A DNA stretch of 63,626 nucleotides, the filler included, from Dugesia japonica (lineage: Eukaryota), in NCBI GenBank assembly GCA_001938525.1. It is 6 parts of 6 records of this genome, joined end to end, with 100 filler letters (N's around TTAATTAATTAA, not from the genome) between each part and the next. Parts side by side here need not be neighbours in the genome. Positions count along the whole stretch, not along the records: positions 40,019 to 51,897 come from MQRL01590619.1; positions 51,998 to 63,626 come from MQRL01583892.1; 4 more parts are not named here. One strand, 5' to 3'. Both the position numbers and the translations under genes were made by a program. The notes under the pieces were generated by a model, which worked only from the letters and a program-made list of their open reading frames with translations, searched no databases and was not told the origin of the DNA. Positions within the stretch are counted from its first letter, which is position 1, and each line of letters opens with the position of its first letter. Shown here piece after piece: positions 50,051-63,626 of this stretch.

Positions 50051-52379
50051 ATTTTAAGTTTTATATTCTCTAGTTGTACAAAATTAAATTTTAAAATTTA
50101 TTTTATAAATTATTTTTCTGATTTAAATACAAATTTGAATTTAATAAATTCCGTTTTAAAATGCAAAAAATTTAAATCTGTTTAAAAAAGACTATCTTAT
50201 AAACTGGTTAAACGCTAAGCAATTCTTCTGTGAGATCGAAATTAATATTTCCTTTATAAATACTAATAATTGTACTTTATCATGTACGTCGGTATTTTTG
50301 TCCAACGCAATAAAGTACCACAAAAAATCATGGCTTGCATCTCAAAGCTGATGCATAAAATTTTCGCTAATCTTTTCAATATTCCTGACAACAGTTCTTC
50401 TTGATAAAGAAATATTGTCAAATTTTAATTTATGGTCTNNNNNNNNNNNNNNNNNNNNNNNNNNNNNNNNNNNNNNNNNNNNNNNNNNNNNNNNNNNNNN
50501 NTTATTATTATTAATACTATCAGGAAAAGGTTTATTCCGTTTTGCAAGTTTGTGAGACAACACCAAACTAGCTTTGGTTGGAGCATCTTGAATTAAAAAC
50601 GGTTTGGTGAAGACAGTTTGCTGCTTTTTTAAAACTAATAACCAACCCCTGGCATTTTTTTCTTTCTCCATTAGTTGAATTGCTCTAGAAATCTAAATGT
50701 TTTATTTGAAGGTTGTACTTTTTAATTTGTACTCCTTAAAGACGCTCACGCACTCACGAAATAGCAAGCAAACTGCTTTGTCTCCAACACTCGTGAAGTA
50801 GTATTTCGCAGTCCAGTCATCGTTAAAAACACGACTGAGGTTTATGTATGGGGAGCTATTTTCGAAATTTTAAAAATGCTGTTGAGCCACAAGTTCTCGT
50901 TATAACATGAATCTAAATTTAATTTTATTATTATAGCTAATATTAAAAAAATTAAATTTTTTCTTTTAAGTTTTTAATTTTTATTAGGATAAAAAGAAAA
51001 AAGTTCATGCATTTGATTTCCTGATGTGGAAAAAAGAAAAGAATCTTTATATTTTACGTGCATAAAAAATCAACCAAATAGGAGTAAAATTTAAAAAATT
51101 ATAATTGAGCGACAAAAAAATTGGCAGAGCAACACTTTGTCAGTGTCTGGTATATCCTTTCGTTATTCAGTTATTGGTATTATTTGAATAAATTTATCAG
51201 CGTTATTGGTGACTAAACAATGATACGTAAAGAAAATTTTAAATAATTTAAAATAATTTATGCTACCACGCAATCGGTGAGACAATCCGTTATATGCATC
51301 CTTTTTAAAGTTATTTACACCAGTAATAATATAGATGCAACATTTAATCCGAAGACAAAATGTTGAGATTGATTACAGCGATGATATTAAATTATCGACA
51401 GAGCTAGAGTTCGGCTCTTTATTTAAACAAGTCACGTATTTAAATAAAATGATTGCAATAAGTACATTCACATAGACATAGTAATTNNNNNNNNNNNNNN
51501 NNNNNNNNNNNNNNNNNNNNNNNNNNNNNNNNNNNNNNNNNNNNNNNNNNNNNNNNNNNNNNNNNNNNNNNNNNNNNNNNNNNNNNNNNNNNNNNNNAAG
51601 ATAAATGATATCTGAGTTATTTATAGGTTATTTGTGATTTATGTTAATAACTGGAATATAAAATTAAGTAATTCTAATCTGTAAATAGACTCATAAAGTA
51701 AAATCAAATTGGTACACGACAAATCAAATCAAACAATCTCCGTAAATGTGAGAGATACGAAAATTATTCTGATTGAAATTTTATTGGTCATCAAGTGCTA
51801 TTGAATTGTATATGGTTATTTTTCCTATATAGTAGAATTGAAATTATCGAAAATGTTGCAGATTTTGTTCAAGAATTATATTTTGCTTTATTAAATANNN
51901 NNNNNNNNNNNNNNNNNNNNNNNNNNNNNNNNNNNNNNNNNTTAATTAATTAANNNNNNNNNNNNNNNNNNNNNNNNNNNNNNNNNNNNNNNNNNNNTTT
52001 TCCTCGGTTATTTTCAAACTTTTCGGGACTACAACTTCTATTCCTGAATGTGTTCCAGCCCAACAAATATATAAATCACACCTCACTCTCAGATTAAGCC
52101 TAAAGACACAACTATTCACTTATATTAATTATCATGGCATCTGCTCATCATTTGTTTTTGGAACAATATATCAAAAATAAAAGAACGATCCTAAAACGAG
52201 AATTTAAAATGAACTATAATAAGGAGGGAAGTGATATTCCCTTATAACAATAAGTAACGAGGTTTTATACACAGAGTCTCACTTCCTTGTTCACTTTGCA
52301 TAAAATACTAAATATTTTATTCATGATGGAATGATAAAGAAAATAATTTAGAAATGGCTCGTAAAATATCTTTCAAAGA

Positions 52380-52640
52380 TACTGTGAGATCGATCGACGG
52401 ATGGTTCTTCACTACCCTGCCACATAACCACAAGCTAAATGTAAGTATGGCATGGATCCAAAACCAAGGTCAATGAGCGAGGATTGAATTCGATTAAAAG
52501 ACAGTGAGATCCCAAAACCACAGAAAGGTATCCGTATTCTGAAAATGAGAGTGGAACAGTTGAAGACAAACGAGGAGCAACAAGATCAGGACTGGTAGAG
52601 ACATAATTGTGTGTTAGCAGATTTTTTGAGTATGATGGCG
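52380..52640 (+). mobile_element. Possible RTE-like LINE 3' remnant
   Basis: GC-richer decayed stretch with RWF..W..DW.RDII spacing like RTE ORF ends. Confidence 0.3.
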
Positions 52641-55220
52641 CAGCACTTCTCCTGACNNNNNNNNNNNNNNNNNNNNNNNNNNNNNNNNNNNNNNNNNNNN
52701 NNNNNNNNNNNNNNNNNNNNNNNNNNNNNNNNNNNNNNNNNNNNNNTTTTGCCTTATCTGATAGAGGAAGAAAAATGATACAAGAAACTTTAATATGATC
52801 ATGGAATAGAATTTTGTAAATAATAGTAATATAGTTTTGAGTGTTAACATATTTTGAATTTCTTGAATATAAAAGTCAGAATTATTAAACTGAGACAGAT
52901 CTTCATGCACTAAATGATAATTTATTTCGTATTTAAAATTATATAGAATTGATCCTAATATCTTAATGTGTTACCTTGAAATAACTTAAAAGTGTTTACT
53001 CATTCAAAAGGTCCAATAAAATCGGAAAACTGGTCAGAAGAGTGTTTCTCACATAACAACAGGTGTGTCAAGTGAGGATGATATAGTTGCTGAAAGAATT
53101 CAAAGATATTAAGGACNAAAATAATATTACGGAAATAAAGATGTTGGGCTTACGAGAGTGAGTAAGCGTGAGCCGACAGAGCGAATTGATATCAATTAGG
53201 AAAAACAGGATGCTCGCGGAGATCGTGAAAAGTTACACAGACAGAGAAGCCATGGTCCTCGCAAACATCTAAACACTATAGAAGGAGTATGACAGTAAAA
53301 AGATGAATATAGAACAGAAGATAAATAAGATAAATAAGATCGAGAAAAGAGAAGAATAAAGAGTAATTAAGATGGAAGTTAATAAAACATCGAAACCCAG
53401 CAGATGAACTGGATCCCAACATTTTCACTGAACTGAGCAAGCGGGTCAAGAGAGAAGTCCACATTCACAAATAAAAGTATTTAAAACAATATAAGAAATA
53501 AATAAATATAAGAACAATAAGCTTAATTAAAAGATGCTCAAATTACATTCATTACATTACATTACACATGAAATTCAAGCTAAATAATGCGTGGAACAAA
53601 AGTTGCAAAATTCTTGACATAAAGCTAATAAAAAGCGATCGTTTGACTCAAATATGTAGATGTTTATTAACCAATCCTTATAAAGCAATGATGGATTACA
53701 ACGGGTAATGTGATTATATCAACGGAGAAAGTCTTGGAACAAGAGACAATAGGTATTAAGTGTACATTTACAAAGCTTTAATAAGTCTAGTGTACTCATG
53801 TTGACTTTAGTTATTGGAATACTTTTGTCATGAATCTAAAAGTTATATAGTGAATCTGTTTAGTGAATTGATAATGCTACATAACCTTGGTCTTTAAAAA
53901 AAGGAGACAGTGTCATAAAGGAGTAGAGCCATTATTATAATATTATTATTATAATTTTACTAGTGAGCTTTTTTTTAACTTTCTGGTGAAGCTCACAGTC
54001 TGCTAACTATGAGTAGTTAGTAAAGTCTATCAATGATTTCATTATTTGTTTCTACCCTCATTTTTGAAGAACTCTTAGAGCCTCAAAAGCCACCTAGAAC
54101 TACCCTTTTCTCTCGTTGACACTTTAAATACTTTGTTTCGTAAGTATCAATTATTCTTCATCTTTTTTATGATTTAACTTTTTATTTTTGCTGTTTGAGA
54201 GTGTTTTCTCCTTATTTATACTTAAACTAAACGGTNNNNNNNNNNNNNNNNNNNNNNNNNNNNNNNNNNNNNNNNNNNNNNNNNNNNNNAGCTGTTATTA
54301 TTTTATAAATAACTAAAAATTCCTATTGACGTACCCAAAAAATATTTTAGTTATACTCTGAGTTCTTTCGTTCAATTTCTGAAAAAATATTTTCCCTGTA
54401 CCCGCTATCCAGGAAAATAAACATTATCGAGGAAACATTAAATTTTATTTAATCCAAAAGAAATTCGAATAAATTCTAGTAATTTCAATTCTATATTTTC
54501 ATTTCTATTTTAATTCTATTAATTGGATTTATTTAGCGAAAATCAGCACTTAAGGATTAAACATTTAATAAACTGAAACCAAAAATTTCTTAAGATNNNN
54601 NNNNNNNNNNNNNNNNNNNNNNNNTTTTTTTATCATCTTGTTACTTGGATTCTTATCGTCAAAAAAGAACAGATTTGGATTGCTACGATGACACCTTTGA
54701 TATTAGCACTGGTGATTTTGTTAAATGTATTTTTATATGATAACTCAAATATTGAGTTGAATTAATAGCGAAAATACAAGTAAATGTTTTTTGTATTTGA
54801 ACAAAACTTTAGTCTGGAACACTCAAAAATTAGATAATTAAGATGAATACAAGTGAGCTAGACAAGTTTAATAGCTAAGCCACTGACGAAATTACTAATA
54901 AAGAAGTTGTAATGTAATGTTACATCGAAATATTGAAAATAAAAAAATGATTTAGAATAAATTTCATTTTTAATTATTTTTATGTAATTTTTATAGTATT
55001 TAATACAATAGATAAATTCTCTTGACTTACTTTTTTTTATTTATTGTGCAAATTATTCATTTTTATAATTTTGCCGGATATGTAGAATAAATTTAAATAT
55101 TATAAAACTTTTAAAAGTTAATTTTGAAAAACTATTATTTAGAAAAATAATATAGTTATAACAAAATTTGTTTAAATTATTGTAATAGTCTAAAAGTTAA
55201 AATTTTGAAACTGTGTCATT

Positions 55221-55860
55221 ATGAGGTTAGAATTATTCAAAATTGATATATATATATATAATTAAAAATTTTTATAGTAATTTGGTATTACAAAAACGAT
55301 TAGCAGCTAGTGTTGTCGGATGTGGTCAAAATAAAATTTGGTTAGATCCAAATGAAAACGCTGATATTGCTAATGCTAATTCTCGTCAAAGCATTCGAAA
55401 ACTCCTTAAAGACGGTTTGATCATTAGAAAACCAGTTAAAGTTCACTCCAGATATAGATGCAGAGTTAAGCTTGAAGCCAGACGTGAAGGAAGACACATG
55501 GGAACTGGTAAAAGGAAGGGTACCGCTAATGCCAGAATGCCTGTTAAAATCATGTGGATTAGACGTATGCGTGTTTTGAGAAATTTGTTGAAAAAGTATC
55601 GTGAAGGAAAAAAAATTGATTCACATCTCTACAGAAAATTGTACAAGATGTGCAAAGGTAATCAATTTAAAAATAAACGTGTCTTGGTAGAATACATTCA
55701 CCGTAAGAAATCTGACCAAGCCAGAACTAAACAATTGAACGATCAAGCTGAAGCTCTTAGAGCCAAAAAGAAGGAAACCAGACTACGTAAAGAAGCTCGT
55801 ATTGCTGAAAAGAGAGCTGAACGCATTAAAAGGCACGAAACTGTTGAAGCTAATGAATGA
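55221..55860 (+). CDS. RPL19: 60S ribosomal protein L19 (eL19); exon 1 55221-55225, 52-nt intron, exon 2 55278-55860
   Basis: MS|[48 protein letters not shown]; GT..AG intron restores the ATG start. Confidence 0.97.
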
Positions 55861-55932
55861 TTTATAACATAATAAATTATTTTGGATTGTTAATTGTCTT
55901 TAAAATTTTTATTCAGTANNNNNAAATGTGAT

Positions 55933-56491
55933 TTAAATAGTAATTATTGGAGTATCTTCATTATAAATTGTGCTGTTATCTGAAAAAAATATTTGGATTA
56001 TTATAATAGAAAATATATTATTTATTTTTGAAACATAACTTTTAATCCAAATCAAATTTATAAGCATACTTTTGTTTGTTGTAACTTTTAATTTGTCTCT
56101 AACAATATAGAATGATGAACAGACAAAAAGAAGTCCTCCAATAATTAGAATGGGAGCATCTATTAAAAAAGAACACTGCATGCTATAATATTCTTTATCG
56201 TATTCATTGATGAAATCCATGTTTTTTTGAATATTATTCTTAATCTAATTAAGGTTATTAAAGAATGAATAATTATAATTTAACCAATCCTATAAAATAT
56301 GGACTTCCGGCATCTCCTAAAGCATGACCTATAATCATTTGATAAGCTGCAGCTGTGGATCTACGACGTGGATTTACTACACTCTTAATTCAGAAATTAA
56401 ATTCTGGAAAATATAATAATTTTACCATGGTCATGTCTGTTACTAAAGCCCAAGTGAAACACATTAAAATTTCCGTTATAAATATATTGAA
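55933..56491 (-). CDS. 3' exons of a spinster (SPNS) MFS transporter
   Basis: WALVTDMTM|SVVNPRRRSTAAAYQMIIGHALGDAGSPYFIGL|...; 42-nt and 40-nt GT-AG introns; upstream exons not found. Confidence 0.85.
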
Positions 56492-57099
56492 CTAAAAATA
56501 GAATTATTTTGATAATTATTCAAATTTATTGACATGCAATAGTAGCTAATACTATATGATAATTAAACTGCTTATAAGCTCTCAATTTTGGCAATTAGAT
56601 ATTCTTATCATGGGTTCCGTCAAAGAATATATCTAGATAATTATAGCAAAAAAAGTGGTTTCTAAGCCTGATGAGCAAGGGCACGATTCCATAGAACTAC
56701 TTCAATTCAGTAAAAGAAATTGTTATTCAGCCAATCTTTTATCCCTTAATAAGAAGCATTAGTATCTCGATAAAACCATTAAAACATAAGTTTGCCTTTA
56801 TTATTTAGCATCTCCAATATTCCCAAACTTCCTACAAAGCATAGCGAGTGGTATAAAAAATTTATAGAATTTATCTGATAAATAATAAAAAAAATTCTAA
56901 TGATTAGTGTCCAGAAAATTAATATACAGGCGATCAATTTACATCCCCTTATTTGATATACTGATATTGCACATACATACACGTTTTTCTAAAGAAAATT
57001 TGCAATGTCTCCAAGTCCATTATTTGATGCCAGAAAATATTATTAAATTGAATCATAAAGGTGTTGTCAAAACTGTTTCTGCAATCAGTAAAATCTCTG

Positions 57100-57636
57100 G
57101 AGTCATTCTTGAACTTAGTATTCACCTGTACCTGAATTTGAACTATGGCAGTGAAAATGCATGAGGATGAAGGAAGAGAGAGGAATCAAATCACTGCCTA
57201 CCGATCTTTGTATTGTTTTTGATTTGNNNNNNNNNNNNNNNNNNNNNNNNNNNNNNNNNNNNNNNNNNNNNNNNNNNNNNNNNNNNNNNNAAACTAGTTG
57301 GATTAGCCATATTTACTGTACACAGAGACATTTCAGTAAATGTTGAAAATGTGATTGAACGTATCGCGAAGTCGGGAAATCGTATACTAGATTTTGTGTT
57401 ATAATACAGTTTAACAACTAAACTCTCTACTCTTCATCAAGTAATTGTACTTCAATAATTGTAAATCACACCAAAATATAATTTAAAACATATTTCTTCA
57501 TTAAAATTTGATCATTTTTGTTGACATTTCTTGCTTTCTTTGTAAAAAGTAGTAAAAACCAAGTAAAAATCGCTAAAATATTAATTTCTTTCCAAATAAT
57601 TTAAGGAGGGTGGCGATCGCCTCGGATTTGTCACTA
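57100..57636 (+). mobile_element. hAT transposon 3' end remnant
   Basis: LVGLAIFTVHRDISVNVENVIERIAKSGNRILDFVL is a typical hAT C-terminus; terminus-like GGATTTGTCACTA near 57636. Confidence 0.7.
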
Positions 57637-58329
57637 GGGTATCATCTTCCAATAACTAAGTTTTCATAAATACATTAAAATAAAGGTACTCTTCAAGTTC
57701 TACAAATTTTGCAATCTACAACTGTTTACAAAATAATCAATTTAACGTGATTACTAAAATATTTTACATTACATTAAAGTACTAAAAGATTATTGCATTG
57801 AGAGCTGAAAGATGTTATAAGCAATATGATTGAGAATTGAAGAAGGTATTCCAGGAAACATTTTGGATATGGGTTTGGAAATCTTATGATGATATCAATA
57901 AATCCATATTTTTACAACTAGATTCTAGATTTCAAAGTAAACAATAAATGAAATTAAGTTTTGTTGTTAAAATTCTGTTTGAGTTCCAGGGGACTGGGTA
58001 ATTTTTATTTTTCTGACTCAGCCAAGAAGTTCCTCAGAACTCAAGAATTATTTGTTGTATTCATATTATTTTGTTGTAATTAATCTTTTTTAAAAAATAG
58101 GGTCATTGACCACTTTCGGTTTTGGAGTGCATACCATTTTTTGGTCAAATCCATATTATTTTTTAATTACTGCATGAGTAAATTTAATTATTAAAGCTGA
58201 CAGAAAGTATATGATCCAAGTGTGAATAAAGTTTACATTACATTAATTTTGCTCATCTCATAGGAAACTCTAGATGATTTATCTACACCCTGGTCAACAA
58301 GAGCTTCACACAAGGAGGGGCAAACATAA

Positions 58330-60256
58330 TTTCCCCTGGAATAATTTTAATGGTTTTCATGAAATTTAAGGGAATTTTGGGGATTTTGTGAATTTTAATG
58401 GATTTTCTACCATTTTTAGTGGTTTTATGGGAATTTTGTGAAATTTCAGAGATTTGTAGGTTTTTAATGAAAATTAAGGAATCATGGATATTTTTATGTA
58501 ATTTACTGGTATTTTTCGGTAATTTTAAGGAAATTGTGAGGTCTTTCGTGAATTTTTAGGGTATTATTGGTCTTCATGAAATTTAAGGATTCAAAGAAAT
58601 TTCATGAAAATTATTGGATTTGTTTATGAATTGTAAGGGGTTTATGTGGTTTTCAGAAATTTTCAAGAGTTTATGGAAGGTTTAGGAAATTTTTAAGTTT
58701 TCTTGAATTTTTATGGGCATATGAGGGTTTAATAAAATGTAAATATTCATGGATATTTCATGAATTTTATTGTAATTTTTCGGAAATTTTAATGACTTAT
58801 GGTGATTTTATGAATTTCAAGGGATTTGTTGGGGTTTTATAATGGTATTTTATATGATGTTATTATAGGTTCAACATTGTTTTATTTGAACTTTATACTG
58901 GTTTGAAGAACTTTATCGAATATTTAATGAATCTTTAGTAGTTTTGTGGTGTTTCCGTGAAATTTAAGGATTCGGAGATTTTATATTTTTCACGATTCTT
59001 TTAGAATTCATGGTAATTTCAATAATTTATGGGATTTATTTATTTAGAGTTTTATAATGGTATTCCATATGATTCATATGATGTTATAATTGGTATAACA
59101 TAGTTTTATAGGGGCTTTCTATAGTTTCCGTGAAGGGATTTCAAAGTTTTTAGAGGTTTATTAGGATATTTTATATGTTTTATATGATGCTATAATTTGT
59201 TTTAGATTGTTTTTTTAAGAGTTTTATGCGGGTACATATCAAATATTTCATGAATTTTTAGGGGTTTAGTGGGTTTCTAAGAATTAAAAAAATACATCAG
59301 GTTTTCATAAATGTTTTGGAAATCTTTGGGCTTTTCAAGAATTTTTACGGAGTTATGAATGTTTTATGGTGGTTTATAAGGAACTTTTTATTGAGGTCTA
59401 TATGTTAAAATGGGGTTTTGCATTGTTTCATAAGGGGATCATACTGGTTTTAATGAATATATCTAATATTTCTTTAATCTTTAAGAATTCGAGTTTTTTC
59501 ATAAGTTTTAAGGGATACATTGGGTTTTCATGAATTTAAAATTATTACACCAATTATAACATTAAGTTAAAATTATTACAATGAAGTTAAGANNNNNNNN
59601 NNNNNNNNNNNNNNNNNNNNNNNNNNNNNNNNNNNNNNNNNNNNNNNNNNNNNNNNNNNNNNNNNNNNNNNNNNNNNNNNNNNNNNNNNNNNNNNNNAAA
59701 TTGACAGGATTCATAATATCAGCATTAATTATTTGGTTTATCACAAAACTCTCTTTTAATTCTTGATTCATCAAAAAAATATTTATTATTCATAACAATA
59801 TTGTTGTTCTAAAAAATTAAATTAAATTAATTTAAAAAAATCATAATTACTTTTTACTTATCAATATTTTTAATATTCATAATATAATTACTTTAATTAT
59901 AATTTAAATTTTTCACGTGGATTATTTTAATTATTATTTTAATTTACAAGGGTAATATTTTTATAATTATTATTAAAAATTTAAAGAAGGAAATTTATAG
60001 GAAACCACTTTAACAGCCATAAACCCCTTATAATTAATGAAAACATCATAAATCCTTTAAAATTTCCCAATAAATTTTGATAAATCCCATACAATTCATG
60101 AAATCTTCACGAATCCTTAAATCACAAAATTTCCATTAAACCACTAAAAATTGTCGAAAATTACATATATGCATTAAAATTCACAAAATCCCAAAAAATT
60201 CCCTTAAATTTCATGAAAACCATAAATCAAAACATTAAAATTATTCCAGGGAGAAT
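58330..60256. mobile_element. Foldback-like element with long, internally repetitive inverted arms
   Basis: CCCTGGAATAATTTTAATG at 58334 versus CATTAAAATTATTCCAGGG ending 60251; arms built of degenerate units of about 10 bp. Confidence 0.7.
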
Positions 60257-60699
60257 TTACATTAATGTAAACAAATCAAAAGCCCTGAAATTTTGAGAAA
60301 CTTAACATTATGTTTAATAAAATTTGCACATCGTATTTAATAATTTCAAAATTCCTCTATAATAGTACAAATAATCAAGTTACGATTCAATATTACTTAG
60401 TTATCGTTTACAAGATTTTAGTAATCAACGGGCATACGAACCCGTAAATAAACCTGTCAAACAACAAATTTTTAAATGAATAAATTAAGAAAACTGATTT
60501 CTATGTATTTTAAATTTTAAAATAAATAAAAAAGGTTTTTATCGACTATATACACAGACTCATGGTGAAAAGGTCCTAGAAAGAACTCCAATTAGTCCAC
60601 AAGAGATATTCAACATTTTCATATACGAAAGTATTAAAAAAACTATATGTTGAGATTCATAGTTGTGCTAATCAGAATATTATCGATTAGAATATTGAA

Positions 60700-62860
60700 T
60701 AATAGAAATTGCGGCATTACCCAAGGAAATTCGATCAAAAAAAAATTAACAAAATGTTTTAATTGTGGAAAGGTTGGCCACGTTAAAAGGTTATGTCAAG
60801 AGGTGAGGTGTAAAATATGTAGTAATGGTGAACATAGGATAGAAGAGTGTTACACAAATTTGAAAATGAAAAGAATGATCGAGAAATTTGTGAATAATGG
60901 ATGACCAAGAAACCGATACAATCGAATTTATGCAATTACGGATCAAGAAGTCAATACAAACAATGGATATGAGGAAGTATATAATAGTGATTCCAAAAGG
61001 CAGTACCCAAAAGACTAGGCTCCACCAGTAGAGGAGTTGGTTGTTAAATGAAGTGAATGATTATCCTCAAGGGGTCGAAACATGGGATGATATCGGAAAA
61101 GTTACGAAAATGTATACAGGTTCTTAAAGAGGGAAAATTTTGCAGATTATAGAAAAGTAAAATGGATTGGAACAACTGACGCAGAACAGAAAACAAATAA
61201 TTCCTATCATAAATTGCAAGGTAGACTAAGTGTTATGGTCTCAACTCAGGGAAATAAAGTTGAATGTCTTTTAGACACAGGGGTTCGAATTAACGTTATG
61301 AGTTTGAGTTGTTTTAATAAATTATGAAATCTGCATTTAAATATGAGCGATGAAAGATTGTGGTGTGCAAACGATAGTACACTTAAAATTGTTTGGAAAG
61401 TTAGAGCTGGTGTTACAATTGATGATGTTACTTTCTTAGTAGCAGAAAGAGTGACACCAGTTTTGATTGGAGGAGTAGATATGCAGAAGACCTTTGGATA
61501 CCAGCTTGTACAATTATTGCGAGAATAATTGTTTGACTTAACCATTAATCGCATTTGCGATTTCATTAAAATAAAGAAACAGCTTCGATCAAAATGAAAT
61601 ATATTTTTATTTTTATTGAAAAGAGTTTTAAGTATTCTGAAGATTAAAGACAATGAACGGTGGTTAAAGATAATTGAAAGTAAAGAAGATGTTTTCATAG
61701 CAGATAAATAATATATAGGACGCACACATCTGATAAAATACAAAATAACTACAAGTTGGGAGCCAATCAACATTAAACCGTATAGACAACCAATGAACGT
61801 AGAAGCTAAAAATTGAAGAAGCCATTAAGAATATGTTTGAGAATAATTTTATACAGAAATGAAACTCACCATGGAATACTTTATTGATTTGTATTTGGAC
61901 AAAAGAAAAGGAAGACATAAGAATATTGTTTTACAATTGCAATTATAGCGAGAATAATTGTTGGACTTAACCATTGATCAGTTTATAGAATTCATTTAAT
62001 ATAAAAGCTTAGATCAAAATTTAGGTTTTAATTATTGATATTGGATAACAAATCGATATTTCGACCTTGTCTTCGTCAGGTAAAATCCTGATCTAAAATT
62101 TTGATCTAAGCTTTTATATTAAATGAATTACATAAGAATATGTTTGGATTTCAGGCAATTGAATGTAATAACAAAAAGACCGGCCTTTCCGATGCTTAAT
62201 GTTGATGAAATACAAAACAAGTAAGATGGAGCAAATTATTTCAGTTCAATAGATTTGTGAAATACGTATTATAAGGTAAAACTCGAAGAAGAATCTCAAG
62301 AAAAGATGGCATTTTCAACAAACTACCAGTAGAGGAGATAGAATGCCTTTAGGGATCGCAGCAACACCGGGAACATTTCCGGAGATGATGGCAAAAGTTG
62401 TATGTGAAATTAGAAGAGCCATGGTATATCTTTATGACATCATGATATTTACGAACAATAAAGATCAACACTATGAAGTAATTGACAGAGTATTGATAGA
62501 AATAATGAAGTCTGCTTTAAGATTTAATCCAGAAAAGCGGCCGTTTCTATAAAGCAAAATCAAATTTCTTGGGCAAATAATCAGCAGAAATGGTGTTAAA
62601 ACTGATCCGCCTAAAATAGAAGCAATAAGAACATTTGACAGGCCTGACTGCGTGAAGATGTTGCGAAGCTTCTTAGGAAATTTGTAATTACTACAGGAAG
62701 TTTATAGAAAACTACGTAAGATAATCAAGGATCTTAGAACAGTTGTGTAGCGGACCACCCAACAAGAAGTTAGAATGGACAAATGAAATAAACGATACTT
62801 TTGAGGGTTTGAAGGAAGCTATAATGACTTCGCAAATATTGTGTTTTCCTGATATTAGTT
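60700..62860 (+). mobile_element. Decayed Ty3/gypsy gag-pol
   Basis: Two CCHC-type knuckles, protease CLLDTG, RT DIRICLDFRQLN..MPLGI..VYLYDI..FLGQIISRNGVKTDP. Confidence 0.9.
61927..62129. mobile_element. Penelope-type fragment inserted in the gypsy RT, with 12-bp TSD, 34-bp inverted repeat and hammerhead core
   Basis: ACATAAGAATAT on both flanks; 61989-62022 inverted at about 62096-62129; minus-strand CTGACGA-A-GAC AAG GTC-GAAA-TATC at 62055-62079. Confidence 0.75.
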
Positions 62861-63626
62861 AAATTCAAAACTTCACAACTCTCCATAAGTTTTTATTTAT
62901 TATTACAAGTTTTTTGATTAAATTAAAAATAATGAAGAAAAATTCATAGTATTAAAACAAATAATCTGGGAAATTTAATAAAATATTTAAAAAAAAATTC
63001 GATTTTAATTTTATAAAATCCTTTTATTTTACATATATTTTTAATTTTTTTTTAAAATAATTTCATAAAATAATCTTTCTATAATTTTATAATTTTGCCT
63101 AATATAAAATATATAGAAATTATTTAAATAATTGATATTTAAAAAAATATTTTATATTTTAAAAATTTGTTTTTTTTACAATAATATTTGGATGTTTCAA
63201 AAAACTACATTTTAATATAATATTTTAATATCCCTTCTACTTTGAAGGTTATCTACTGTGATTAGGCTACACCTATAAGTGGTTTGTTAGAAAAATTTTA
63301 AATTTAAGCTATATTACTACTCTAATTACACTGCAGCAATGGACAATATTTTGATTCATTCGATATATGTCAGTCGCTAATATAATTTTATTATTATAAT
63401 TTAGCCCCTCCAATACTTGCAACTTCAACTCTTTTTAAAAAATTACGTATTTAGTCCTGTAAAATGAAACTTAAATCTTATCCTGCTTGCTGCAAAACAA
63501 TATTTTCAGTTATTAGTAAAATTAATTATATACATGCTTCATAATCCCAATATAAAAAGTCAAGTAAACTGTTTAAATAAAAAAAACTTTTTAAAATAAT
63601 ATTTAATTTATGAAATTGCGTGCCCA

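Larger units (their letters stand above)
43783..50880 (-). mobile_element. hAT (SPIN-like) transposon carrying nested insertions
   Basis: Terminus (T)AGGGGTGGGCAAAC near 43784; transposase segments 50850-50200, 49620-49250 (LHCVIPHESLC) and 45660-44770. Confidence 0.85.

Noticed and set aside
55243-55277. N-terminal extension [12 protein letters not shown] on RPL19 in the ORF track
   Set aside because: Intron sequence; the true start is the ATGAG exon at 55221
56665-56700. CTGATGAG hammerhead-like start
   Set aside because: No downstream GAAA or stem II pairing

Overview
AT-rich, transposon-dense eukaryotic (metazoan-type) DNA with very short introns (about 40-52 nt). The window is not one locus: five artificial N..TTAATTAATTAA..N linkers (about 10446-10545, 21971-22070, 31026-31145, 39919-40018, 51898-51997) join six short scaffolds. 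Host genes are an intronless stomatin, an IFRD-family gene, RPL19, the 3' exons of a spinster transporter and the first exons of an unidentified gene. The rest is mostly decayed mobile DNA: Ty3/gypsy, Penelope-like (with minimal hammerhead motifs), Polinton/Maverick remnants, hAT, Tc1/mariner and an RLE-type non-LTR element with a Ulp1-like protease. The main observation is an unrecognised 4.5-5.5 kb mobile gene cassette present as five diverged copies on three scaffolds. The complete copy (23683-28141) has TGTTGGGGT...ACCCCAACA ends, a 4-bp target duplication (ATAA) and no transposase or integrase. It carries one promoter (fixed-spacing CCAAT array plus TATA), a putative leader exon, and 4-5 small ORFs, each behind its own splice acceptor and mostly followed by a polyA hexamer. 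Two of the ORFs start AG|TG in every copy, so their ATG would be created by splicing to an exon ending in A. All family assignments come from motif recognition by eye, not database searches.
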